Assembly (NCBI RefSeq): GCF_002113885.1
Contig: NW_018404943.1
Span: 991,236 to 1,055,235, forward strand
Direction of reading: 5' to 3'
Length of the DNA stretch: 64,000 nt
Source of the DNA: Mizuhopecten yessoensis
Taxonomy: Eukaryota
The notes under the pieces are model-generated. The model was not told where the DNA came from and made no database searches. It saw only the letters and a program-made list of their open reading frames with translations. Position 1 is the stretch's first letter, and every line of letters begins with the position of its first letter. Shown here piece after piece: positions 25,686 through 38,742 of the stretch. A program made the translations under genes and the position numbers.

Positions 25686-26571
25686 TTCTATGGTCAGCTG
25701 TTTATAACCATGGTAATTAAATATTGAATCAAAATTTCATGCAACAAATCATCATGAAGAAACAACTACAATCAAGAACCAAAGCATGACTGTTTGTACT
25801 TTTATATGGATTCATTCATCTACGAGCAAATGACTATAGATATAGAAACAGTTACAGGATATATAAGCGGTTATATCTATACCAATGAATATCATCATAA
25901 CATTTATAATATCATTAATAAGAAGCATACTTATGGCATGTATAGGAGATATATACATTTTTTCATATTTCTTGAATACATCAAAGCTAAACCATTCTAT
26001 AGTAGATATAGATAAATATAGATCAAACTGTGTCACTCAGTGATACAAAAAGAAAACTGCAATAAACATCAGCAGTTAAAAAAAATATAAGTTTACATAA
26101 AATATTTAAAAATAAATAAAAAAAAAAAGAAGATGAAGCTAAAAAGGTTATAGCGGAGTATGGCGAAGGGTCAGAGGTCAAGGGCAGGAAGGGGATCAAG
26201 GTCATTGCCGGCAATGTGCAACTGATATACATACAGATGGATATGTTATTTATAAAATCTAAAAATATTGACTTTTCCTTCACAATGTAGATTCTAACGG
26301 AGAAACTGAACCAGGTAATTTTGACTATTAGCTGACCAAGAAATGATGTTGTCTCAACATGTACAGACACTTCAAACAAGTTTTTGATGATTGTAGCAAA
26401 GTTTAACTTCTAGTCATGTGATAAAAAATGGGGAAAACACACAACATGCACAAAATAAATGTAGGAAAAAAGAATAAAATATAACAATGTGCAACAATGC
26501 AATGATGGAAGCCATGCAGTAGAAACACAGGGATCATCTCACAACTACATTTAGGGAAAAGGCAAGAAACT

Positions 26572-26577
26572 TTTATT
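26572..26577 (-). promoter_or_regulatory. Candidate polyadenylation signal for alternative terminal exon A
   Basis: AATAAA on minus, about 200 nt after the TGA at 26781. Confidence 0.4.
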
Positions 26578-26780
26578 AAAATGTGAGTCCTAGTGATAAT
26601 AATTATAAACTTGTGCAATTTGTACAGGAATATAAGGTCAGCAGACACCTCCCGACAGGTATGGACCCAACATGTGCATTCTCACATTGACAAAACTTCA
26701 GGTGCACTTTATAAACAGTGTTTGAGATGACCCCAAGAAATGAAATAATCTACAAGTGCCAGGCAAAACAAGCCTAAAAC

Positions 26781-27454
26781 TCAGATGACAAAGAAGAAAC
26801 TGAATACAACAGACAGAAGACAATCACAGAGAATGCTACCAGTACAGAAAAGATGGCACATGCCTGTAAGGACAAGGCCAGACAACTCAGACCAGTCACA
26901 AACCTGGTCATGCCTGATGCTTCCAACACTCACAGAGAGGCTAGAGGGCATGCCTGGGGCACAGACTAAGGACAGAAATTGGCATGCCTGGACGGAAAGA
27001 CAGACATGCCCAAGATGGACGGACAGACAGACATGCCTAGGAGTGGTTTCCTTGCCTGCCGTTAGGTTGCCTCTGACCATCCTCATATATTGTAAAGCAG
27101 ACATGTTGTTCCGTTTGGCCAAAGTTTCAAAAATGCACATGTGAGGAGGCTTCAAATTATCATATTTGGGATAAATTGAAGGGGGACGCCAAGGGTACTT
27201 ATTGGGGTAACGGTTATGGTCTCGATCTTTTGGTTTTTGGCGATTCTTCTTTGATGGCATATACTCATAGGGTGTGAAGGAAGATTCGGTGGTAGAAGTG
27301 ACGGAAGGGCGAAGGGGTTTACTTTTGCGGGGTCGGGAATTATTTTTCAAGGGAGTAATCTTTGTGGTAGTTGAGGTGGTGATGGTTGTGCGCAGTGGAT
27401 CCGTTTCTGTGCCATACAAGACCAGGACCCAATCATCTAACTTAGCCGCCCTCA
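26781..27454 (-). CDS. FURIN: Furin-like convertase, alternative P-domain-terminal exon version A (probable terminal exon)
   Basis: ttttgtttgcag|TG phase 1 joins the exon ending at 32824. Encodes (M)RAAKLDDWVLVLYGTETDP, then a Thr/Ser/Pro/Lys-rich stalk and a hydrophobic end LLSVVFSFFFVI-stop. The 3' boundary is less certain because of a possible GC donor at 27056. Confidence 0.8.
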
Positions 27455-29078
27455 CTGCAAACAAAACACATGGACAAAAACACAAGGTATTAGTAGTCAA
27501 GTCACCAACAGGTAGCCCAAGGCAGCCCTACATACAAATCCTGCTGTACCGTATCTTCTGCACTCCCTTACAGTAACACAATAACATTGGGTAAACAATA
27601 GTCAAACATCCATCATTTACCAAGCAAAAATGTATAAAGCTAAAAAATTCACAAATTTCAAAACAGGAGGTTTTTTTATAGGCATAAGGGATAGATGCAT
27701 GTGTATTCCTCGTAAGGGAGGATCCTAACATCTTAAAAAACGTTTCATAATTTTAATTATTTGTACAGATCTTCTAGAAAGGAAAATCAAAGCTGTTGTC
27801 TGGACAAAAGCAGATGTTTTTTACAGTGCTGAAAATACAGTACTTGTAAATATACAAGGCTGGGCTACATTAACAGATTGACATGTTGATGATAACTAGC
27901 TATAATTTAATACTGTAGCTCTGTTACACTGAAATGTTACCCTTGCACATTTTGATAGATTAACCTTTGACCCTGGCACCACTTTGACCTCTACGAACAG
28001 GTTATGTTCTTGGGCAGAACCAGTCCGAGGTCACCCGCGGTGGTAAGGTCAAATCAGAAATCTTTTCACATCCATGCCTGGTTCACTGTTCTTAGAACAC
28101 AAATAACAATTGAAGGACTATGCAATAAGCTTTTAACTGTTTCTTAAAATTTCAGCTTTTCAAACATACCAAATTATTTTTCTGAATTCAATACAGGTAA
28201 ATAATAAAATGTACAGAATTCTCAAACTTAACCATATGTGATAAATTCCAACATCATTTTATTATGAAAAAAAATCTGCAGTAAAATACCAAGTCAAGAT
28301 ACCAATTTAAATCACATTATTAGCTATTAATTTTTCATTCAGTAAGATTATCATTTTAGTCAATCTTATGATATTTTTTTCTCAGGTAAATTAAATCTTT
28401 CTACTTCAAGTATACATACATCATTTTGTATTTCAAAAGAGAAAGAAAACATCAGGCTACGGCTCATTAGTGTTAGTTGTTAATATAAGTTATTTGTTCT
28501 GGTGCTGAAGCGATGTGCAATGCATGCAAGGACACCAAGGAAGGGAGGTAAGCAGGAGTCGGGACTCATTTGAAGGCAAATCAAAATAAAACAACATATT
28601 TCATTAAAACTAAAATCTAGTAATTTCAGAACATAAAAGTCCGATTCAATGTTGTTTTTCCAGATACAAATTCACAAGCTAAGTAACTGAATAAAATAAA
28701 AAGTGAAAATAAAATATATTCAAATTGATCTTTTTATCATTTTTTTTTTCCAACCAAGAATTATCAAATAAAAATCTTCCTCTGTAGAAATAACCCATTT
28801 TAACAGCACTTTTGTTGTTGAAATGTTACATGTGGATGATAATGGAGGATGGTATAAAAATCAATGTTCAAAAAGACATTTACATTCAATGTGGAAAAGT
28901 GAATTTATCTCATAACTACCCTGTTATCAGTAGCACAACACCCACCCATAAGTTGTGTTAGTAACACCAAGAGGTGCTATGATTGATTACAGGTGTCCAT
29001 TGTTTCAAGTGTAATATCACAACTAGGACAACTTCACAGCATCACAACCTTTTAAGTACAATGTGATGTCATATAAAG

Positions 29079-30255
29079 AACAAGAGGCCCAGAGGACTGA
29101 TATCCGGGGAAGTTTATGCAATCATAGCTGTATATTTTCATTCAGAGTATATAATATTGTAAATATTTCCCTGTATCAGACTCTGTCACTTTGATCCAAG
29201 GATGCTTATTAGCAATAATATATGTACTGGTTGAGAACCATAAACATGTATAATATAGTTGTAGGGTTAGGATCACATCATTTCTAATAATGACCTGAGA
29301 ATAAGTCACTATAGGGGCAGTGCCAGATCCTTGCACTAATCTTGGTAGCATCTTGCATTATTTCAATCATGCCCAGTAATAATAGCCTGTGAATGGTTAT
29401 GTGGTGGGGATCTTAACAATTTTCCAAAGATATGATCCAAGGACTGAAAAAAAGTCTGCACTAGTGGTCTACATATTTCTTAAATATCATGTCTCTAGAC
29501 CTTATGATTCTTCAAATAATAATATTTTGACATATTTGACCTCTATGACTTTAAAGTAAGTGATGGTTTTTGACATGTGGAAATTTTATCACTCCGTCCA
29601 AGGTATCTCGAGGCAAAATATCAGAAACCCGAGCCTCATGGAACTTTTTGGGCCCATTATTGCTTAATGATGTTAACCTTCAATCATGGCCAGTGCTCAA
29701 AGTTGACCTTTGACCTAAACACTATGTATAATAATAAAAAAAGATTCAGTCTAGACTTCATGGTCCTTTAAAAAGCATTACTTGAAGTTTTATCATAGTC
29801 ACCCCTGTGACCTTGAAAGGTCAAGGTCGTTGATATGAGCAAACTCAAGAGAACCCCATGCCAGGTACCTACTGGCTAAATATCAGGATCCTGGACCTTA
29901 TGGAACTTAGGAACAAGATTCTTAATTTGTATATCCGCGACAGCCTGTGTTAACCTTTGACCTGGGTCTTGCTCAAAGTTGACCTTAGACTTAAGCACCA
30001 TATTAGAAAATTAGCAAATTACTGCTACTCTTCATATCCTACTTATCATGGCTGTATACCTTATGGTCATTAGAAATGTGTCTCTAAGTTTTTAACATAT
30101 CTGAACCCTGTAGGTCAAGGTCATTGTTATGAGGAAACCTTATAGTATTCCATCCAAGGGTACCCGTACATGGACCCTGGCTCTTTCAGTTTTCAAGAAG
30201 AAGTGTTCAAAAGGAAAATATGCTCAGTCATATTTTGTGGCAGGTGAGCTCAAAA
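29079..30255 (+). mobile_element. Degenerate Helentron/HINE-like element with internal TGACCTT-rich repeats
   Basis: Starts AACAAGAGGCCC and ends CAGGTGAGCTCAAAA. An internal duplicated block (AAAGTTGACCTT at ~29700 and ~29976) is present. Confidence 0.55.
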
Positions 30256-31880
30256 TTCAACAATATGATACCTTTGTCATAAGAATGAAATAGTCTGACA
30301 CCATGTATTAGAATTCAATGGTATGAAACTTGGGTATATACTTTCATTGTATGAATCTTTTGACATACCAGTGAAATGATGTTAAGCCTAGATGTATATG
30401 ATGTGGAGCACTGGTGTTTAAGCTTATGGTATGAAGTCCTGATTTACAAATTTATGAAACAATTTTTCTTTTTTTTTGCATAAAATTGTATGGGGTGATT
30501 CATTCAACATTGTTGTGCAATGGTAAATATAGCCCAGACATTTACAATTTTATGACGTTAAGCCCTGACGTATAAGCTTATGGTATGAAGGCTCTGAAAG
30601 CATGCACATGGAATGGTACGAGGGAGGTTATGAAGTATGAAAACCTTACCTTGGACAACTGGCCAATCACAATGGTCATCAGTTAAGTGACCGAAGGTCC
30701 GCTGAGAAACGCACCAACTAGAAACTCTCATTTCTAGGTCAAACTCCGTTTTATAGGACAGTTACAAATAGCGTCTGATGCGAACGGTCAGACAAAGCAT
30801 CAGCATAATCCTAATGTCTGCTTTCAACACAATGCTTATAGGAAGGATACCAATGAATTATATGAGTGAGTGAAACTGATCAAGGATGAATGGGTGAACA
30901 TAAACCACTAGGAAGGTTCCCTTTTGATAAAACAGGTTGGAAAACTTTTTTAATTTTTTAATTTTGTTATCATGTAAATAAGTTAAATCAATTCTGCAGA
31001 AATTTAAATAAACGAAAAAATTTGCATACATAAACTAACTGACAAGATTGAAAACATATATTAAAGAAGAGAAGCCAACGAAAGCTGTCCACTGGAACAG
31101 AGGTCAACCAAGGTCAAACATGCCAAACACATACACATGCTTCTAAATCACCAGGTAAAAATACAGTATTCAGAAAACAGTTGAATAATCAAATATAAAA
31201 CTGTGTTAGTTTTCACATCAAACAATAATGTCAGACACATGCATGTGGGCATGCTACATTTCCAAATGTATCTTTTAATGTGAAACATAAAAAGCAAGAC
31301 TTTAAAATGAAAATTCTACAGCATGAAAATATACCGTAAACAAAACAAAAAGGATGAAACTTAAATTGCCAAAAAAAGACAATAAGCAAGCAATTTCGCA
31401 ACTACTTTTAGAGGATACCCTTGTTTTGTGGACGTACCTGACTTGTTATAATATATAGGGATGTAGGCTTCAAATTACATGTATAAAGCAGGGTCTCAAG
31501 GATATTCAGTAGTTATTTTTGGAATTGTTTTTTTTACTTAGTTGGTAGTGATGATGTGTTCTCGTCTCCATCATCACTACTTTGACTCAAATGTTTGAAC
31601 CATTGCACACAGGGTAACTTTTCAAAGGTGTCTAGAAATGTGCAGGGGCTTCAAAACTTATCTAACATTGACCAATTAATGATTTTAGGAAAAAGTTTTT
31701 TTCAAAATGAACATGGTTTGGTTTCAATTTTATTTCCAATTCAATAACATTGGTTCTACTACAAATTAAATGCTAGTCTGCTAATGATTTGGGAACAAGT
31801 ACAGGAGAACTTAATACCATGTCTGTTAACAGTGTCAGCTGGCTTGGAACCCTGATCTATTACAGTCAGGGACATGCATT

Positions 31881-32010
31881 AATTTTGAGAAAGGTTGTTT
31901 CTAAATGAACTGTGTTTGAACACTATAGCTAGCACTGGACATGCAGTAATTTTGAGAAAGGTTGTTTCTAAATGAACTGTGTTTGAACACTATAGCTAGC
32001 ACTGGACATG
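31881..32010. repeat. Tandem duplication of ~67 bp
   Basis: AATTTTGAGAAAGGTTGTTTCTAAATGAACTGTGTTTGAACACTATAGCTAGCACTGGACATG is present twice. Confidence 0.85.
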
Positions 32011-32259
32011 AAGTGATTTTGGAAATGGCTCTATCTTGAGAAGAACATGAACTTGAATCGTTGCTGAATATTTTATAATGATTTACAAAAGGTTGTTTCA
32101 AAATATGAAGAGAATTTAAGCTATCCAAAGCTTATGATATTTTATGATGGATTTTCCCCAAATGAGCAGGACATGAACCCATATATCTATATAACATAGA
32201 TTTACAGACCTTGACCTTTAACTGAGATTCATGACAGTTTTCCATTATTCAATCTTGTA

Positions 32260-32350
32260 TTAACTCATTCACCTCTGACAACACATTTGAACCCTTCTTA
32301 TTCAAAGGCTGGAATAGTCCATCATGAAATTTCAGGGGTGAATGGGTCTT
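32260..32350. mobile_element. TTAA-type MITE, family B copy 3
   Basis: TTAA-CTCATTCACCTCTGA...TTCAGGGGTGAATGGG; collinear with 14619-14710. Confidence 0.7.
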
Positions 32351-32823
32351 TGAAGGACCAGAAAGAAAACAATGGTTTAATGTGGATATTCATTAATATA
32401 ACTGATCAGAATTACTCATAAATCTAAGTCATCCAGTTTTTAATATTATTTTTCAGAAACGAAGAGGAATGTGATTGATAATCATTTACTTTGTGATTAG
32501 AGATTTGATTTTAAAGTTTAGATATATTTTAGATAGGTGTCACATTAAGGCAGTTTCAAGTAAAAGCTTGCATTGTACAAAGATAGCAGTAAAATTGTGA
32601 AGGAAACTTTTAAGCAAATCAGAACTGAAGTGGAAATGAAAGTCAAACGAAAATCAAATCACTAGGAAATAAGGGAGACAGTCAACTATAGGAGACTGTG
32701 AAAGCTTGGTACATGTATTGCTGCATATTGGTAATGTTTAAAAGATCAGACACTGGAAACTTAGAGAAAGCAAAGCCGACAGAGAACTCAAACAACAGAC
32801 ATTGTATATATCTTGTGACTTAC

Positions 32824-33128
32824 TGGCACTGCCGCCATTTTCGATCTCCAATGTCCAGGTGCCTTTGGCGTACTCGCCCCAGTTGTGGGTGGTCATGAAC
32901 GCCCAGTTGTTAAACCCGTCACGTGACACGTCCCTCTGTCGTCGTGCCAACAGGGTTGAGCGTGTGCCCATGGGAGACCTGAGGTATATTGAGATCTCCC
33001 CCCTCCTGATGGCACACAGGGTGATCCTGGCCTGAACGTGCTCCAGGTATTTTACCTGATTTACAGTTCGAATACACCCATCTGTGTGAAGGGGCACACT
33101 AATTTTACTGTTAGCTGGAACTGGACGA
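32824..33128 (-). CDS. FURIN: Furin-like convertase, P-domain exon
   Basis: 305 nt, phases 2/1. Encodes YLEHVQARITL..RRGEISIYLRSPMGTRSTLL..GFNNWAFMTTHNWGE..GTWTLEIEN. Confidence 0.96.
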
Positions 33129-34231
33129 CTGAAATAAATCAAGTTTAGAAGTTTTATAATACCATATACGGCAGCATTCTAAAGATAAGCATTACCAGTT
33201 ATCAAAATATCAACAACAAGAGCATCAGCATTAATGAAGTGATCTAAACACTCAAAGTTTTAGCTAATGGCGGAGGGTAACACTGCATCAGGGTTTAATT
33301 TGAAGAAGAGTTCCATTCAAAAGACTTTCTTTTGACTTGGAGTATTCTCCCTTCTATATAGAAGATGAAGCAACCAAAAGGTATGTTTCTGACTTAGAGT
33401 AACTTCCCCTGTCAAATTATTCATAGCCTTTTTGTCCCATTAATTTGAGACTCATTTTGCTACTGTAAATATAGTTCCAGAATGGTAAAAATGAATAGAA
33501 ATGAATAAACTCCAGTCAAACCGTGATCTTTCTCTAAACTAGCCCCAGAATAATCTGGATCTATGTCTAAACCACCCTCAGTCTATTAGTGATACCTGTA
33601 TAAATCAGTCCAAGACTAATCTGGATCTTTCTCTGCATAAGCTTTCGTATGTCATTCCAGCATTTCCTCTTATGAGTCTAAGTATAACAACCCAGTGACC
33701 TGTCTAAACTTTGTCTTCTCTCCAGAAACAGGCATTGTGTTATTGATCTTATATGTAAATCCCATTAAAAAACATCCTGTTCAATCCAGCTTCTCCACAG
33801 TCCTCAGTCAGCTATCTCTTAATGTGTGTTATTAACATAATATGTTGTTGTTCTTGACAAATTATTATAAATATAATATTAAAACTGAACAGTTTCTTTT
33901 TTATTCCTTCATGTCATTCTCAATTACCATTCAATCACTCACCTGACCAATGCTACTGTACAACATTTTCTCAACTATCAAGAAACGCATGTGTGAATAT
34001 GCATTTGGCATGATAGTTGTTTGTCTGAATAGAATCAGACTGTTGATCGTTTTGAGTCAAACTCTGTAATATGTTGCACCAAACTGATTATGTTACTGTT
34101 ACCAGGTAATACAGATCTGACCATACACCACGATGTGTAATACTTCAGTACGATATGTTACCCCACTTTCCTGATTTATATCTACATCTGTTAGATGTTA
34201 GATGTTTATCCCAGGTAGGATATACACTTAC

Positions 34232-34346
34232 TTTCGTTCCTGTAAACGGATTTCACATATATTTTGTGGCGGCACTGTGGTCCAGTTTTTGGCTAATCTC
34301 ACCATGGCACCAGCATCCATCAAACCAAAACCAAAGGAATGACTTA
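34232..34346 (-). CDS. FURIN: Furin-like convertase exon (end of catalytic domain)
   Basis: 115 nt. Encodes (V)SHSFGFGLMDAGAMVRLAKNWTTVPPQNIC; canonical splice sites. Confidence 0.95.
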
Positions 34347-34802
34347 CTGCAGAAAATAAAGCCAGGAAGGGTTTCATAACATGGTACTGTAGACAGGCTT
34401 GATACTTTATTTCATTTTATGTTATACACCAAGATACTGCCAATCAAGGTAATTAGAACAAGGATTGTCACACAAAGACTATAATTGGGTCTTTTGGCAA
34501 AGTGTGCTTCATGAACACCAAATTATAAATTACATCAAAATTTGGCTAAAGCAATTAAATTCCAATGATTACTGGAGTTTGTTGATAATATGTAATAAAG
34601 TAATATCGAAATAATCATTCCATATCTTTAAATAAGGTCAAGAAAACCACATTTACCACAGAAAATCACAAAAACCTTGAAGTGAATGGATATAAGAATC
34701 ACTTTCATACTCTAATGAAATAATCAAACGAGAACAACCACACATGTAATGTTGTTTGAAGTATGTTTAACCACTGCTGCGGACTGGGTCCAGATGACCT
34801 AC

Positions 34803-34906
34803 CACTTCTGTTGACTCCATTGTAGGTCCAATCATCTGCCCTCAGATTTCCCCTTTTGGCCGTCATTACAACAATATGCTGTAAATCTCTCCAAGTTAAA
34901 GAAGGG
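34803..34906 (-). CDS. FURIN: Furin-like convertase exon
   Basis: 104 nt. Encodes (N)PSLTWRDLQHIVVMTA..DWTYNGVNRS. Confidence 0.95.
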
Positions 34907-35208
34907 CTGAAATATACAATGTATGGCAACATGAGGAAATTTGTTAGAGTTACCCCCCTTACATTAGAATTGGCCTCCTTGCACTAAAATTCATCATTTC
35001 GAAAATGTTGGATTGTAACTTTTCCTTAATGTTGTCAGAAAAAAAAATCCCGAAAATAATGCAGGATGACTTTATTCTGACACTTACATGAAAGTATGAC
35101 TTATGTCTGAAGTTTAATATTATTTTCTTTTAAAGTTGTCAGCAATAGGTTTGAAAAATCCCAGTTCCAATATGGAGCCATGTCACCATCAAGTCCAGCA
35201 TTACTTAC

Positions 35209-35309
35209 TTCGCCTGTAAAGCCAAGGCACATATTCCAGCAGCTAGCGGGGCACTAGCCGAGGTGCCTGTATGGGACTCAGTACAGGTCTTCCTTAGGTC
35301 AGTAGTTAC
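35209..35309 (-). CDS. FURIN: Furin-like convertase exon, catalytic Ser
   Basis: 101 nt. Encodes [33 protein letters not shown]. Confidence 0.97.
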
Positions 35310-36186
35310 CTGCAAATCAACAATCACACAATTTAAACATCAAGATTAAAATCACTATATTTGTACGATTATATTATTACATCATTTATCAGTGAATCTT
35401 GATTTAATCTTAAATCTTTCGAGACATTCAGATGTAGCCCTTCAGGTAACAATATCTTTTAGTAAAGTAAAAATACCAAATTACATGTGAAATGAGAAAA
35501 TGAAACTAAGACACTTCTCCATGCATTTTAATGCCCCCATCATTTTATTGGGAAGGGGAAAGGGAGTGGCGTATATATGTTTATACATTTTGCATGTTTC
35601 CCATGTCCGTTTCATCCCAAGGCAGCAGCGTCATTTCTGGGGATTTTGATCAAACTTTCATCCAAAAGTCAAGTAAGAGAGAGGGTACTTTGAATGAATT
35701 TGTATTTCAGAGTTCCAAGGTCAAGGATATAAGGTCACCATTACTATTTATAATTTTCTTTAAAAATTGACAGTAATCTGTATGGGAGCAGTGACACTCA
35801 TTTACCTTGGACTAGGGGCAGACATTTTCGAGTTTATTAAATCTTACATTGGTCACCTTGACCTGTTCATGGCGTAAAACACACTGCCACTTATACATTT
35901 CAGAAACCTGCTTGATAAAGCAAAGAACTGATAACTACAGAAACAAATATCCATTAATTGTTTAGTGGAGGGAAATAATAAGTCACTGTGACCGACATGT
36001 ATCTATAGTGTGTAACACACATGCATTCAACATAACAACTTTTATGAACCTGTATGGAAATGCGAAGAAACTAAACGAAATTAAACGAAGCAAAAATATA
36101 TAGGTTAGTGTAGCCTGATTGTAATATGCAACACACCTTCCAAAAGAATAAATTGCATTTATTAGTATCTTATTGTCATAACTTAC

Positions 36187-36399
36187 GATTTGTTTTTCGC
36201 CACTAGAACCACTGCTATAGGTGGTGGCGAGTGTGGAAGAACACGCCTCTGAATACCATGGAATGTTGCCGTTTTCTGTGGCACTGCTGATGGAGATGGT
36301 ATGGATGCTGTTGGTATAACCATCACAGTTACAGCTGTCGAAGTCACGCCCCCCATTACCCGACGCCCACACAAAGATGGAGCCCAGTCCACCGCGGCC
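36187..36399 (-). CDS. FURIN: Furin-like convertase exon, oxyanion Asn
   Basis: 213 nt. Encodes [32 protein letters not shown]...[18 protein letters not shown]; the [11 protein letters not shown] and [11 protein letters not shown] segments are furin-type. Confidence 0.97.
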
Positions 36400-38742
36400 C
36401 TATACAAACAGAAAATATAAATATTCAATGGATGCATCGCTGTCAGTAATCGTCATATTTTATTATGCAAAATTAACATGTATGAAATTTAATCGAGCGG
36501 CTTTCCACTGAAAACTGTACTAGATATAATATGTTGAAAGTATCATAGATAAACTCATTGTAGTGCTTTCAGTTAAGAGATACAATTACAAACAGTCACA
36601 TTTTCATGCAAAATTCATTAAAAAAGTTTTATGTTTAATCATGTCGATCTTTTCTTTCAGTGTTGAAGTTCCCGACTTTTTGTTTTAATAGAAATATCGG
36701 TATATCACTTGTGAAATGCTAATCTAAGCTAATATAAATTTTACCCAAATCTCAATACTACATTTTAAAATAGTGTGATTGAGTATTAGCCAAAATGTTA
36801 TTTCAATTCACATTCATTGTAAAAACCTGAATAGCGTGAGTGGTTTTTGTGAAATTATTGCCTTACATCGTGATATGATCAGAACTACAGGAAGGCACGC
36901 CAATCCCTGGTATTCCCTATAATATCCCGGTAATCAACTGTGCATACAATTCCTAAGATAATCATTACTGATAATGGGCAGCAAGACTTAAATTCAGCTC
37001 TTCTTTTCTACCAATCATGAGAAATGGGATAAAAGCATAGAGCTTTCATACATAAACTGCATTTATAATTAATCAGAAAACTTCTATAAGTAAATATTTC
37101 TTGATGTTTCCATGATGAGAATAAATATGCAATTGGTAAGACTTAATTGGGTCCATTTAGATTTCTACACTGTGACAATTTCAGCAACCCGAAATGCAGT
37201 GCATATTTGAATACCTATAGGGTATTTCCTCTAATTCCTAGCCTGATTACAAAATGATTGCAATCCAATGTTATCCTAAAACCAACATAGTTTTCCTCCA
37301 CAGCAATAATCCACTTAATGCTGCAGAAAATTCTAAAGAAGCAACAAAATTCTTAGTAATAAAACGTAACCATGCAACAAAGCCTTCGGAGTAACTGCTG
37401 TTTTAAATCTTTTACTGTCAAAACAAAAACCCTGGTCAGTACATTTCCACTACAAGACATTTGCAATCCCATTTAAATATCTAAGCGGCTCCCCAGCTTT
37501 GTTCATGTGCTACGAGCATTGGTATTAAACTGCCACAAATGTCTCCCGGTAATTCCAGCTCCAGGCTTGCCTCAGTCAACAGAAGTGTCAGGTTAAACTG
37601 ACGGCAGTATTTGTACTTTTCTTGGTTTGTTGTTTCCGTCTTTTTTTACTAAGACCAAACAGAACTATATCTATAAACACCTTTTCAGGTCGATGAGACG
37701 AAAGGACAATACTTAAAATCACCAGGAAAGTGACATTACTGCCAGTGACATTAGTTTTATATTGTACAGGACAAAACATATTAAGAAGAAGAAACTTGGA
37801 ATATTTATTGGCCAATCTGGGCAAATAAAAGGGGAATTGAATGTTAAGCTGCGGGGTGGGCGACATACGTGGTCGGCTTAAACTATCGCAATGTTATTGA
37901 TGGTCTGTGACCTATATATATAAAGTACATCTGATTGATGGTGATGTACTCTATTCTCATGCTGTTATGCTTTGTCTGGTTAGCAATACATATTTATAGG
38001 AGCAGATCATCCTATTATATGTGGAAAAACATCTGTGAAATGCAACTGCATGTCTGTGGTTAAAAGTATATCAGACAATAGAATATTTCCCTAAAAAAAA
38101 AAAAAACTGGTATTAACGATGGGAAGGGGATCACTTTGAGGCATTTTTTTAAGAACCATCAAACTTAGGGGTATAAAATGATTATAAACTATCCAATACT
38201 GGACCTACACTTGTGCTGCCGGTGAAAGGTTTGCCTTAAGACTGGCACCAAAAACCCTGTCACAAAGACCCTCAGTGGGATCAGTTAATATTCCGTCCAC
38301 AACACATCTGACAGTGTCTGTCCGGCGCCTAGCTATTGCACAATGGACAGGGCTGAAATCCTAGCAAACTTTACCGTATTACCGATTTACATAAGTACGA
38401 CATTTCAAAGACATACAAATCACTTTAAGTGAGGCCTTTTCTCCTTATACATAGCTACAGAGTGCAAGGTGAATGAGGAGAAGACCTGTATGAAAGAAAC
38501 CAACAGTGTGGAAATGTAGCAAGTAAGAACGTGGTAACATTATAGAAATGGAATGGAGAGCAACAGATCCACTGAAATAAATCAGTTTTTACTGTCTCGT
38601 GATCACAAACGTAATTTTTAAAATAGAAATAACATGGTGAACACTCATTTTTGGAAGGCTACCTAGGCACAAACTAAGTTTTGCATGGTTATCATCAAGT
38701 TGAGACAGGAAACAATGCTTATTTTCAGAAATGTTTTGTTAC

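Noticed and set aside
25170-25720. His/Met/Cys-rich ORFs on both strands
   Set aside because: Translations of the 21-bp minisatellite, open in several frames.
26785-27576. Plus-strand ORFs 26785-27144 and 27274-27576 (likewise 17207-17780 and 32698-33035)
   Set aside because: Antisense shadows of furin exons with no independent support.
28473-28504. Possible further short terminal exon (TPEQITYINN-stop) after a pyrimidine tract and cag
   Set aside because: No P-domain motif and only an acceptor-like site; insufficient without transcript data.
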